Virus record (IMG/VR): IMGVR_UViG_3300036770_005052
Location: 32,001-96,000 of that record
Length of the DNA: 64,000 nucleotides
DNA from: a virus
Strand: one strand, 5' to 3'
This document shows positions 9,931 to 19,376 of the stretch, piece after piece. Below the pieces are notes generated by a model. It worked only from the letters and a program-made list of their open reading frames with translations. It had not been told where the DNA came from and searched no databases. Both the position numbers and the translations under genes were made by a program. The stretch's first letter is position 1; every line of letters begins with the position of its first letter.

Positions 9931-12639
9931 ATGACAACTGCAGGACCTAATTATATTTCTGGTATTACCACATCAACATTTGAGAATACTGACGTAGTGA
10001 ATAAATCTTATGTTGATAATCTTTCTAGTAGTTCTTTGCCATCACAGACAGGAAATAATGGAAAGTTTTTCACTACAACTGATGGTACTAATGTTTCTTG
10101 GGATTATGTTTCTAATTATCAAGAATTTACAACTTCAGGATCACAAACATTTACAGTTCCGTCTCAAGCAAATCTTTTATATATTGAGGCAGTTGGTGGT
10201 GGGGGTGGAGGGAGTACTGGAACGACAGGATTTACATATGCAAAGAATGGACTTACTTGGTCATTAAGAACTTCTGGATTTGGTTCATCTTCAATTACAA
10301 ATGTTTTATTTGGTGGGTCAACTTATGTTGCGAGTGGTGCTTCATATCTTGCAACATCTACAGATAATATTACTTGGATCTCAAGAACTTCTGGATTTGG
10401 AACTTCAAATATTAATGGATTGACTTATTCTAATAATGAATATTTGATTGGTAGTGTTGGTGGTAGTGGACAAATTTGGACTCAAAGAACAGTTGTTGGA
10501 ACTTCAACGGGTCTTGGTGCTCTTGCATATGGTAATGGATTTTACCTTGCTGGAGGTTATGGGACAAATGCTCATGTTCAGGTTTCTACAGATACTATTC
10601 GGTGGGTTTTAAGGACCTCTGCAAACAGGGCTACAGCATCAGTTATGCAAACGATGGTCTTTGGTGGAGGTATCTATGTTGTTGGAGACTCTTGGCCACA
10701 GATAAGAACTTCGACAAATACTATTCAATGGTCTTTAAGAACTGGTGGATTTCTTGGTTCTGGAGTAATTAATAGATTTGCTTACAGTGAAACGCCAACA
10801 GAAAAATATGTTGGGGGCAAAAGTGGAGGAGGAGTAATATCTTCTACAAATGCTATTCAGTGGACTTTAAGAACATCTGGATTTGGTACTTCTCCTATTA
10901 GTAGTCTTATTTACGGAACTGATAGTTATATTGCTGGTGGAGTCGGTGGAATAATAAGAATTTCAACTGATGCAATTTCTTGGACTTTAAGAACATCGGG
11001 ATTTGGAACTTCTACAATTAGTGCTCTTGTTTATGGGAGTGTTTATGTTGTTGCTGGAGTTTCTGGAACTTTATTATCTTCAACAGATACGATTGTTTGG
11101 TCTTTAAGAACATCGGGATTTGGAACTTCTACAATTAATTTCCTTACATATGGCAATAACTTTTATGTTGCTGGTGGTGCATCAGGAACTAATACATTTT
11201 CTACTGATGCGATTGTGTGGACTTTAAGAACTTCAGGATTTGGAACCACCTCCATTAACTCATTATTGTTTGATGGTGCTAGTACTTTTGTTCAGTCATC
11301 TATTGCTTCAAATACTCTTTCAACATTTTCAACTACTACTACTACTAGTGCTACATTAAGTTCATCTACTGATGCAGTATCGTGGTCTTTGAGAACTTTT
11401 AATACAGGTTCTCAAACAATCACATTATTGAATTCATTTGGTTCTTATTCCCTTGCTCATGGAACAGATTATTTTGCTGAATATAATTTATTGAGTGTAT
11501 CTACAGATAATATAAATTGGGAATTAAGAACATCTGGATTTGGAAGCAATCAAATTACTTCATTTGGATATGATGGTACTTCTTATCTTGCTGTAGGACA
11601 ATCTGGAGCATTAACTGTTTCGACTGATACGATTACTTGGATCTTAAGAACTTCTGGATTCGGAACAACTTTAATTGATGCATTAACTTATGGAAATGGA
11701 GTATATGTTGCTGGAGGTTTATCTGGCACTTTGACATCTTCTACAGATACAATAGTTTGGACTTTAAGAACTACTGGTAATGGAACATATACTATAAACT
11801 CTTTATCATATTCAAATACTGCAAGCAACTTTATTTTTGCTGGAGATTTTGGGGATATATTTACTTCTACTGATGCAATTGTATGGAGAATGAATACTTC
11901 TCTTACGACTGCAAATCTTTTAACTTCAGTTCATACAAATAATACTTATTTGGTTGCTGGAGCATCTGGAACTTTATCGCAAGCAGTTACTCAACTCTCT
12001 GGAATTGGCGGTTCTGGTGGATCTTATACTTCTTGGTATATTCCAAAACCTATTGTGACTTCTGATATAACTGTGAATATTGGCGTTGGTGGAACTGGGG
12101 CAACAACTGAAAGTACTTCCGGATCTGCTGGCGCGGGAACAACAATATCATGGACTGGACCTGGAGGAACTTATACACTAGTTGCAAATGGTGGTGGTGC
12201 TGCCGGAGTTGCTGGAATTGCTCAAACTAATATTACGAGTTATTTTTATACAACTGCTGGTGGATCTGGTGGTATTGCAACTAGTGGAATTGGAGTTACT
12301 GCAACTGCACAAATAAATCAATATCAATCAACAGGTGGTGGTAGTGGAGCAGGAACACCATCTTCCGCAGGGGGTTCTGGTGGTTCAATCACTTTTTATG
12401 GAAATACTATTTTCTCTGCTGGCGGTGATAATACGGGAACAAATGGTGCAACTGGTATTGCCATCACTTCATTACCTTATGGTTTTGGTGGAGGAGGTGG
12501 TGGTGCTGGAGCATCAACTGCAGGATCTGGCGGTAATGGAATTCGTGGAGGAGGTGGAGGTGGTGGTGCTGCCATTGGTTCTACCTTTGGAAATGGTGGT
12601 GATGGTGGTGATGGATTCGTGAGAATCACATGGTGGTAA
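9931..12639 (+). CDS. virion protein with Gly-rich domain and Asp-box/BNR-like repeats (paralogue 2)
   Basis: AGGAGG ribosome-binding site; NKSYVD motif; WTLRTSGFG repeats; C-terminal GGDGFVRITWW. Confidence 0.75.
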   Translation: MTTAGPNYISGITTSTFENTDVVNKSYVDNLSSSSLPSQTGNNGKFFTTTDGTNVSWDYVSNYQEFTTSGSQTFTVPSQANLLYIEAVGGGGGGSTGTTGFTYAKNGLTWSLRTSGFGSSSITNVLFGGSTYVASGASYLATSTDNITWISRTSGFGTSNINGLTYSNNEYLIGSVGGSGQIWTQRTVVGTSTGLGALAYGNGFYLAGGYGTNAHVQVSTDTIRWVLRTSANRATASVMQTMVFGGGIYVVGDSWPQIRTSTNTIQWSLRTGGFLGSGVINRFAYSETPTEKYVGGKSGGGVISSTNAIQWTLRTSGFGTSPISSLIYGTDSYIAGGVGGIIRISTDAISWTLRTSGFGTSTISALVYGSVYVVAGVSGTLLSSTDTIVWSLRTSGFGTSTINFLTYGNNFYVAGGASGTNTFSTDAIVWTLRTSGFGTTSINSLLFDGASTFVQSSIASNTLSTFSTTTTTSATLSSSTDAVSWSLRTFNTGSQTITLLNSFGSYSLAHGTDYFAEYNLLSVSTDNINWELRTSGFGSNQITSFGYDGTSYLAVGQSGALTVSTDTITWILRTSGFGTTLIDALTYGNGVYVAGGLSGTLTSSTDTIVWTLRTTGNGTYTINSLSYSNTASNFIFAGDFGDIFTSTDAIVWRMNTSLTTANLLTSVHTNNTYLVAGASGTLSQAVTQLSGIGGSGGSYTSWYIPKPIVTSDITVNIGVGGTGATTESTSGSAGAGTTISWTGPGGTYTLVANGGGAAGVAGIAQTNITSYFYTTAGGSGGIATSGIGVTATAQINQYQSTGGGSGAGTPSSAGGSGGSITFYGNTIFSAGGDNTGTNGATGIAITSLPYGFGGGGGGAGASTAGSGGNGIRGGGGGGGAAIGSTFGNGGDGGDGFVRITWW

Positions 12640-12645
12640 TAAATA
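12639..12645 (+). promoter_or_regulatory. late promoter (ATAAATA)
   Basis: Motif in the short gap before paralogue 3. Confidence 0.55.
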
Positions 12646-12667
12646 CTCTTATATAAAAGTCGAATAA

Positions 12668-15600
12668 ATGGCAATATTAGACAGCAATCGAGTTACTGGT
12701 GTTAGTACTGTAGTAAATGCGACTGATGCTGCAAATAAGTCGTATGCCGATTATGTGTTGAGTGGTGGTGGAGGATCCGCATATCCAAGTACAACAGGTA
12801 ATGATGGTAAATTTTTGAGTGTTAGATCTGGATTGCCTTCTTACACTCAATGGACATCAATAAATTCAACTTCTTCATCTAACACTGAACCAACATATAA
12901 AGGTTATCAAGAATTTACAACTTCTGGAGCACAAACATTTTATATTCCACCAACTGCAACACAGTTTTATATTGAAGCAATTGGTGGAGGTGGTGGAGGA
13001 GCATCTGGAAGAACAACTGGAACTGTTGGATCTGGAGGTGGTGGAGGATCTGGTGCTTATAACTCGTGGTTAATTCGTCGTTCAGAACTTGGAAATGCTT
13101 CATCTATTACCGTAACTCCAGGTGCTGGTGGTGCAGTTGCATCTAGTGGAGGAAATACAACAGTAACTTGGACTGGAAATAGTCCAATAGGAACCGCAAC
13201 TTATACACTCACATCTTCTGGTGGAACTGGAGCATCCCCATCTGCTGTAACTGCAGGTAGTGCGGGTGCGGCGGCTGATGCGACTTTAAATCCACTTTAT
13301 ACAACTGCTGGTCTTGCTGGTGGTACTGGATTGACATCATGGTCAAGTGTAAATAATGTAACGCAAGTAAATCCATTTCAAGTTACTGGTGGTGGTGGGG
13401 GTGCATATAATACAAGAGAAGGTGGAAACTCTCTCACATATTATTATGGAAATGCTTATAATACTGCAGGAAGTGCTTCTGGTGGTGCAGGTTCAGATGG
13501 TATTCCAGGATCTTATACTGGATCTTATGGATCTGGTGGAGGTGGAGGTGGAGCACTTTCGACTGGAATTAATAGTTGGTATTTAAGAACTTCTGGATTT
13601 GGTTCAACCGCGATTGATTCTCTTGCATATGGTAATGGGAATTACGTTGCTGGTGGATTTTCACCAACGATTTCTTGGATTTTGAGAACTGTAGGATTTG
13701 GTAGTTCCTCAATACAAGGATTAATTTATGGAAATGGTCTTTATGTTGCTTCCGTAATCTCTAGTGGTTTCTTAAGAGCATCAACTGATGGTGTGACTTG
13801 GGTCGCAAGAACATCTCCTGCTATAGCACCTTTTAGTGATACTATGGGTGGAATTTATGATGGGTCTAATTACTTTATCTCTGGTGGTGCTGTAACACCT
13901 GGAGGTCTTCTTACTTCAACAGATACAATCTCTTGGACCTTAAGAACTTCTGGGTTTTTTACTTTATGGATGGGATCTATTTCTTATGGATCTGGTGAAA
14001 CGGAAAAATATATTATTGGTGGTCAAAGTGGTCGATTAAGTTCTTCTACTGATTCTATTTCTTGGGTTTCGAGAACTTCTGGATTTGGAACATCTGGTAT
14101 CATGTCCAGTGTGTATGATGGTTCTAATTATTATATTGGAGGTGCTGGACCACTTTTAAGAGTATCCACAAACGGAATTGCTTGGGTGACAAGAACAGCA
14201 CCTATGAGTGGATATTATGTAAATATGATTTATGGTTTAAACACTTATGTTGCTTCTGGTTCTAGTGGTTCGGTAATTTCTTCAACAAATGGTATTGAAT
14301 GGACTTTAAGAACTTCATCTCTGGGAGTTGCTGGAAGTGCAGTATATGCTTTATTATATAATAATAATCTTTATTATGCGGGAGACGGAACAGGTAGGAT
14401 CGTAACTTCTACAGATACGATTACTTGGATTACCAGAACTTCTGGAAAAAGTGTTGTTATACATGAAATAGCATCTGATGGAATTAACTATGTTGTTGTA
14501 GGTAATAGTGGAGTATCTCTTACATCAACGCAAAGCACTTTAAGTAATCTTGGAAATGGTGGATTACTAACTGCTTCAACTGACGGAATAACTTGGACTT
14601 TAAGAACAAACTTTAATATTCAGACAATTCAATTATTATCTGCAAGTAATAGTTATTATGTTGCGGCTGGATCAAACTATATTTCAGAACCAGCACTGAT
14701 TTCTTCTACTGATAATATCAATTGGTTTTCAAGAACTACTGGATTTGGTACTACTAGTATTTCTGCAGTTGGATATGGAAACAATGAGTTTCTGATTGGA
14801 GGATCTGCAAATAATGTCACTTGGACTTTAAGAACTTCTGGATTTGGTACTAGTCAAATTTCCAGCGTGATATATGGTGGAGATTCTTTTTTGATTGGTA
14901 CTCCTTTTGTAACTGGATTCATAAGAGCATCCACAGATGGTGTATCATGGGTAACTAGAACTTCTGGATTTGGATCTACTGGAATCAATTTTTATTCTTA
15001 TTTTAATGGCGAATATTTGATTGGAGGTAACTCAGCATTTATAACCTGGACTTTAAGAACTTCAGGATTTGGAACAACTAATATTTTTAGTGTAAATTTT
15101 GGCGGATCTCATTTTATTGCTCATGGAGTATCTGGAACTCTAACTGCATCAACAGATGGAGTTTCTTGGTCTTTAAGAACATCAGGATTTGGTACATCGC
15201 AAATTATTAATGCTACTTATTTTAATGGTGAACATTTAATTGGTGGTGCTGGAGCACTTATAAGAGCATCAACAGATACAATAGCATGGATATCAAGAAC
15301 TGCTCCTCTCAATACACTTTCTTTTTACAATTTTAATGGTATTAAGACTTTAAATTCTTCTGGATCTTATGTGTTTGGAATGACTCAAGATTCTTTAAAT
15401 AATTATGGAATGATAGCATCTACCGATAATATTAACTGGGAATTTAGAACTTCTGGAAGAGGAAATGTTATACACTATACAACTGCTTTTGGTGTAAGCA
15501 CATATGCTCTGGGTGTTAATGGTGGTGTTTCTACATCAACTGATAGTATTTCTTGGACAATAAGGACTGCCACTGCGTCACCACAGTATATGGTTTATGG

Positions 15601-17248
15601 TGATCAGTTTGTTACAACTACTGGCACATCTTTACTGGCATCAACAAATGGAATAGTATGGAGAATAAGAACTGTTCCAGGAAACTTGATGCAAAAAATA
15701 TCTTATAATAATAACTTATATGTAGTTTCTGTTGATGCTAATGATGCAAACACTGCAATATCCACTGATACAATTGTTTGGCAAATAAGAACTTCGGGAT
15801 TTGGAACTAGTCAAATTGGTGGAGTAACAAATAATGGAACAGTTTGGGTTATTGCTGGTAGAACAGGAACTTTAGCAACTTCTACACAAGATACATTTAG
15901 TTCTACTGGTAGCGGAGCATTCTTAAGAGCATCAACTGATAGTATATCTTGGATCACCAGAACTACACCACAAGGAACTTTAAATATTGGTTCAAATGGA
16001 GGATTTTCTTCTGCTGGTTCTTATACATTGGCATGGGGAACTAACTCAATATTTAATTATTTCTTAATAGCATCTACTGATAATATTGTTTGGCAAATGA
16101 GGACTGCAATATTCCCTACTAATATTTACAGTTTTACTTATGGAAATGGTATTTACTTATATACAACTCAAGGATCTGGTGGTGTTGCAACTTCTACTGA
16201 TACAATTGTTTGGAATTTAAGAACCTCTGGATCAACATCAGCATTATTTTCTTCTGTATATGGATCATTACCAACAGATACATTTATAGTTGCTGGTTCT
16301 TTAGGTTATCTTGCAACTTCTACTGATTCTATTAACTGGAGATTAAGAACAACGGGATTTGGAACAACAAATATTAATTCATTTGGATTAACTTATAATG
16401 ATGGTCTTTATACTGCAACGATACCTCAACAACAAAGAACATCGACTAATGGTATTACTTGGGTCTTAAGAACCTCTGGATTTGGATCTACATCAATTAA
16501 TGCTATTGCTTATGGTAATAATAATTATGTAATTGTTGGTCCTGTTGGTACTTTAGCAACCTCTACTCAAACTCTTTTGAGTTCTTATGGTACTGGTGCA
16601 TTATTACAAGCATCCACAGATACAATAATATGGACAACTAGAACAGTTGCAAATAATACTATATCAATCACTGCTTTAGCCGGTGAAAGTTCTTATTCGT
16701 TGGCATCGGTAACAAATATTATAAATGACAGTAGTGTTATGGTTTCTACGGATAACATTAACTGGGTTTTAAGAACTTCTGGATTTGGTACGACTGCGAT
16801 TAATGCCTTTACTTATGGCAATTTTTATGTTGCTGGCGGTAACAGTGGAACCATCTCTACTTCTACAGATACGATTGTTTGGTCATTAAGAACATCAGGA
16901 TTCGGTACATCTGCGATTAATGCTCTTGCTTTCAATAATAACATTTATGTCGCCGCTGGTGTAAGTGGATCAATCAGAACATCAACTGATGGAATTTTTT
17001 GGATTGTAAGATCTTCTGGATTTGGAACAACTAATATTAATTCATTAATTTATGGAACCGATTTTGTTGCTGGTGGTCTTGCAGGAACTCTTACTTCTGC
17101 ATCATCCACAACACAATCTGTGGCAGGAAATGGTGGCGCTGGAATTCGTGGGGGTGGTGGAGGTGGTGGAGGATACTCTCAGGAAACAAATCTTGCAGGA
17201 ACAGGTGGAACAGGTGGAACTGGATATGTTAAAATTTCATGGTGGTAA
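12668..17248 (+). CDS. virion protein with Gly-rich domain and Asp-box/BNR-like repeats (paralogue 3)
   Basis: DAANKSYAD motif, many WTLRTSGFG repeats, C-terminal GGTGYVKISWW. Confidence 0.75.
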   Translation: MAILDSNRVTGVSTVVNATDAANKSYADYVLSGGGGSAYPSTTGNDGKFLSVRSGLPSYTQWTSINSTSSSNTEPTYKGYQEFTTSGAQTFYIPPTATQFYIEAIGGGGGGASGRTTGTVGSGGGGGSGAYNSWLIRRSELGNASSITVTPGAGGAVASSGGNTTVTWTGNSPIGTATYTLTSSGGTGASPSAVTAGSAGAAADATLNPLYTTAGLAGGTGLTSWSSVNNVTQVNPFQVTGGGGGAYNTREGGNSLTYYYGNAYNTAGSASGGAGSDGIPGSYTGSYGSGGGGGGALSTGINSWYLRTSGFGSTAIDSLAYGNGNYVAGGFSPTISWILRTVGFGSSSIQGLIYGNGLYVASVISSGFLRASTDGVTWVARTSPAIAPFSDTMGGIYDGSNYFISGGAVTPGGLLTSTDTISWTLRTSGFFTLWMGSISYGSGETEKYIIGGQSGRLSSSTDSISWVSRTSGFGTSGIMSSVYDGSNYYIGGAGPLLRVSTNGIAWVTRTAPMSGYYVNMIYGLNTYVASGSSGSVISSTNGIEWTLRTSSLGVAGSAVYALLYNNNLYYAGDGTGRIVTSTDTITWITRTSGKSVVIHEIASDGINYVVVGNSGVSLTSTQSTLSNLGNGGLLTASTDGITWTLRTNFNIQTIQLLSASNSYYVAAGSNYISEPALISSTDNINWFSRTTGFGTTSISAVGYGNNEFLIGGSANNVTWTLRTSGFGTSQISSVIYGGDSFLIGTPFVTGFIRASTDGVSWVTRTSGFGSTGINFYSYFNGEYLIGGNSAFITWTLRTSGFGTTNIFSVNFGGSHFIAHGVSGTLTASTDGVSWSLRTSGFGTSQIINATYFNGEHLIGGAGALIRASTDTIAWISRTAPLNTLSFYNFNGIKTLNSSGSYVFGMTQDSLNNYGMIASTDNINWEFRTSGRGNVIHYTTAFGVSTYALGVNGGVSTSTDSISWTIRTATASPQYMVYGDQFVTTTGTSLLASTNGIVWRIRTVPGNLMQKISYNNNLYVVSVDANDANTAISTDTIVWQIRTSGFGTSQIGGVTNNGTVWVIAGRTGTLATSTQDTFSSTGSGAFLRASTDSISWITRTTPQGTLNIGSNGGFSSAGSYTLAWGTNSIFNYFLIASTDNIVWQMRTAIFPTNIYSFTYGNGIYLYTTQGSGGVATSTDTIVWNLRTSGSTSALFSSVYGSLPTDTFIVAGSLGYLATSTDSINWRLRTTGFGTTNINSFGLTYNDGLYTATIPQQQRTSTNGITWVLRTSGFGSTSINAIAYGNNNYVIVGPVGTLATSTQTLLSSYGTGALLQASTDTIIWTTRTVANNTISITALAGESSYSLASVTNIINDSSVMVSTDNINWVLRTSGFGTTAINAFTYGNFYVAGGNSGTISTSTDTIVWSLRTSGFGTSAINALAFNNNIYVAAGVSGSIRTSTDGIFWIVRSSGFGTTNINSLIYGTDFVAGGLAGTLTSASSTTQSVAGNGGAGIRGGGGGGGGYSQETNLAGTGGTGGTGYVKISWW

Positions 17249-17262
17249 AACGTGCCTAGATA

Positions 17263-17271
17263 TGTTATAAT
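17263..17271 (+). promoter_or_regulatory. extended -10 sigma70-type promoter (TGtTATAAT) for the glyco island
   Basis: TG-N-TATAAT ending 22 nt before the ATG at 17294. Confidence 0.55.
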
Positions 17272-17293
17272 CATTCGTATCTGACTTTAGTTT

Positions 17294-18010
17294 ATGCTAA
17301 ATTATTCGAATCAACCGAAGACTGATTTCAAAGGAAAAACAATCGCATTTTGTCTTCCTGGATTTTCATATTCAGGAACCTTTATGACTCAGATGATCCG
17401 CCTTTTGTTTGATCTGAATCAAATGGGGATCAACTTTTATATTTCACAAAAATACAGTTCGATGGTTAACTTTGCCAGAACTGATTGTTTGCAGGCAGAT
17501 AACTTTGCAGGGACCATGCTGACTCCTTGGAGGGGTCAAGTTCCTTATGATTACATCATGTGGATTGATAGTGATATTATCTTTAAAACAGAAGATCTTC
17601 TAGAACTTCTAAAGATGGATAAGGATATTTCGACTGGATGGTATGTTCAGTCGAATGGAACTCCAGTATCCAATCAATCAACAGTAGTTGTGGATATGGA
17701 TAAAAAACTTCTTTTGGAGAAGGGTTCTTATTATTTTGAAACTATTGAAGATATGCAACGCCGTTCAGAACCATTTAAAATCGAATACTGTGGATTTGGT
17801 TGGGTTCTGATGAAAAAAGGTATTTTTGAAAAAATTCCTTATCCTTGGTTTGCACCAAAGAAAGTTCAACTCATTCGTGAGGATGGAATCGTTCTTGAAG
17901 ATATGTGTTCTGAAGATGTAGCAATGTGTGAAGATATTCGTGAGCATGGATTTGACATCTGGTGCAATCCAAAAGTTCGTGTCGGTCATCAAAAAATGGT
18001 AATTCTATGA
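17294..18010 (+). CDS. GT-A fold (GT2-like) glycosyltransferase
   Basis: WIDSD DxD motif, GFGWVL, SED, VGHQK. Confidence 0.75.
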   Translation: MLNYSNQPKTDFKGKTIAFCLPGFSYSGTFMTQMIRLLFDLNQMGINFYISQKYSSMVNFARTDCLQADNFAGTMLTPWRGQVPYDYIMWIDSDIIFKTEDLLELLKMDKDISTGWYVQSNGTPVSNQSTVVVDMDKKLLLEKGSYYFETIEDMQRRSEPFKIEYCGFGWVLMKKGIFEKIPYPWFAPKKVQLIREDGIVLEDMCSEDVAMCEDIREHGFDIWCNPKVRVGHQKMVIL

Positions 18011-18666
18011 TGCATTTTAATGTTGTTATTGCAACTCCAGGCAATAAACTTACAGCAGAATATGTAAAATCATTACTTGGAACAATTCAAGTAATGCAGG
18101 CAAATAATATTTCTTGGCACTTTCAAAATGAATATGCTTCTTTAGTTACAAATGCAAGAGAAGCAACAATTACTGGAAGTCGTCAATTAGAAGTTTTTAA
18201 TAAATCACCTGGTAAAGGTCAATATACATACGATAAAATCTTTTGTATTGATAGTGATATTGTTTGGAATCCCGATCATTTTCTTAAGTTGTATTCATCA
18301 GATAAAGATGTTATTTCTGGCGTTTACTTTGAGGCACAAGGTGCCGATGCGATGATTCACCAAACAAAAGAAAGTCATCGTCCTATGACTAGAGATGAAG
18401 TTTTTTCTCTTGCTCAAGTAGGAAATCCTTTTAAAGTATGGGGAGTTGGACTTGGATTTGTTTGTATAAAGCAAGGAGTTTTTGAAAGTATTCAACGTCC
18501 TTGGTATCGCCTTGGAAAAATTATTCAAGAAGTTGATGGTGTAGTTTATGAACTTCCTCTTGGTGAAGATCTAGATTGGTGTGAACGAGTTGCAGAAAAG
18601 GGACATGATGTTTATGTTGATCCAACTGTAGTAGTTGGACATATGAAAACTAATATGGTATTATGA
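18007..18666 (+). CDS. GT-A fold glycosyltransferase, tandem paralogue of the previous gene
   Basis: CIDSD, GLGFVC, GED, VGHMK; start placed at the ATGA overlap. Confidence 0.75.
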   Translation: MMHFNVVIATPGNKLTAEYVKSLLGTIQVMQANNISWHFQNEYASLVTNAREATITGSRQLEVFNKSPGKGQYTYDKIFCIDSDIVWNPDHFLKLYSSDKDVISGVYFEAQGADAMIHQTKESHRPMTRDEVFSLAQVGNPFKVWGVGLGFVCIKQGVFESIQRPWYRLGKIIQEVDGVVYELPLGEDLDWCERVAEKGHDVYVDPTVVVGHMKTNMVL

Positions 18667-19376
18667 AAAAACTTGCAGTCTTTTATCATCTAGGGGCAAT
18701 CAATAGTCTCTGGGATAAATTTTTGGATGAACAACTTGGTTTGATTAAATCATCTGGTCTTGCAGATGTGGCAACCATAAACATGTGCTATGCTTGCCCA
18801 GATCATGCTGTAAATGAAATCAAGATCTATGTTCGTCAGAAGTATCCTTTTGTAAATATTCTTTCTTCCAGAATCCTTGAAGGTAAAGGAGAACAGGAGA
18901 ACTTATTTGAAGGGCAAACATTAAAAGAACTTCAAACATATTCAAAAACAAACGATGGATATGTTCTTTATATTCATTCTAAAGGAATGCTTCATGCAGT
19001 AAATTCATATCAAACCATCCCAACAAGAGATTGGCGTCATTATATGAATTATTGGTGCATCGAAAGATGGAAGGACTGTATTCAAAAATTAGAAGATGAT
19101 CAGGTGGATGCAGTTTCGACAAATTGGACTCGTGATCCTTATCCACATTTTGCGGGAAACTTCTGGTGGGCAACGACTGATTATATTAAAACTCTTCCAA
19201 ATGTTCTGGACAGAAGTTTATATTATGATGAGAAGTTTACGGAAAAGTTTGATGGTCATCGATTCTGTTATGAAGTATGGATGGCAACCAATAGTCCAAA
19301 GGTAAGATCGATTCATTATAGTGCGATTGATCATTACTATGCACCCTATCCGAGAGAGCGTTATGTTACAGTATAG
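18663..19376 (+). CDS. putative glycosyltransferase-like protein (YxHxKG / HFxGNFWW type)
   Basis: YIHSKG...WRHYM...HFAGNFWWA; position in the glyco island. Confidence 0.5.
   Translation: MKKLAVFYHLGAINSLWDKFLDEQLGLIKSSGLADVATINMCYACPDHAVNEIKIYVRQKYPFVNILSSRILEGKGEQENLFEGQTLKELQTYSKTNDGYVLYIHSKGMLHAVNSYQTIPTRDWRHYMNYWCIERWKDCIQKLEDDQVDAVSTNWTRDPYPHFAGNFWWATTDYIKTLPNVLDRSLYYDEKFTEKFDGHRFCYEVWMATNSPKVRSIHYSAIDHYYAPYPRERYVTV

Noticed and set aside
7460-17100. Recurrent AAGAACTTCTGGATTTGG about every 120 bp as CRISPR-like direct repeats
   Set aside because: Encodes RTSGFG in frame, with synonymous variation and homologous intervening sequence; no cas genes
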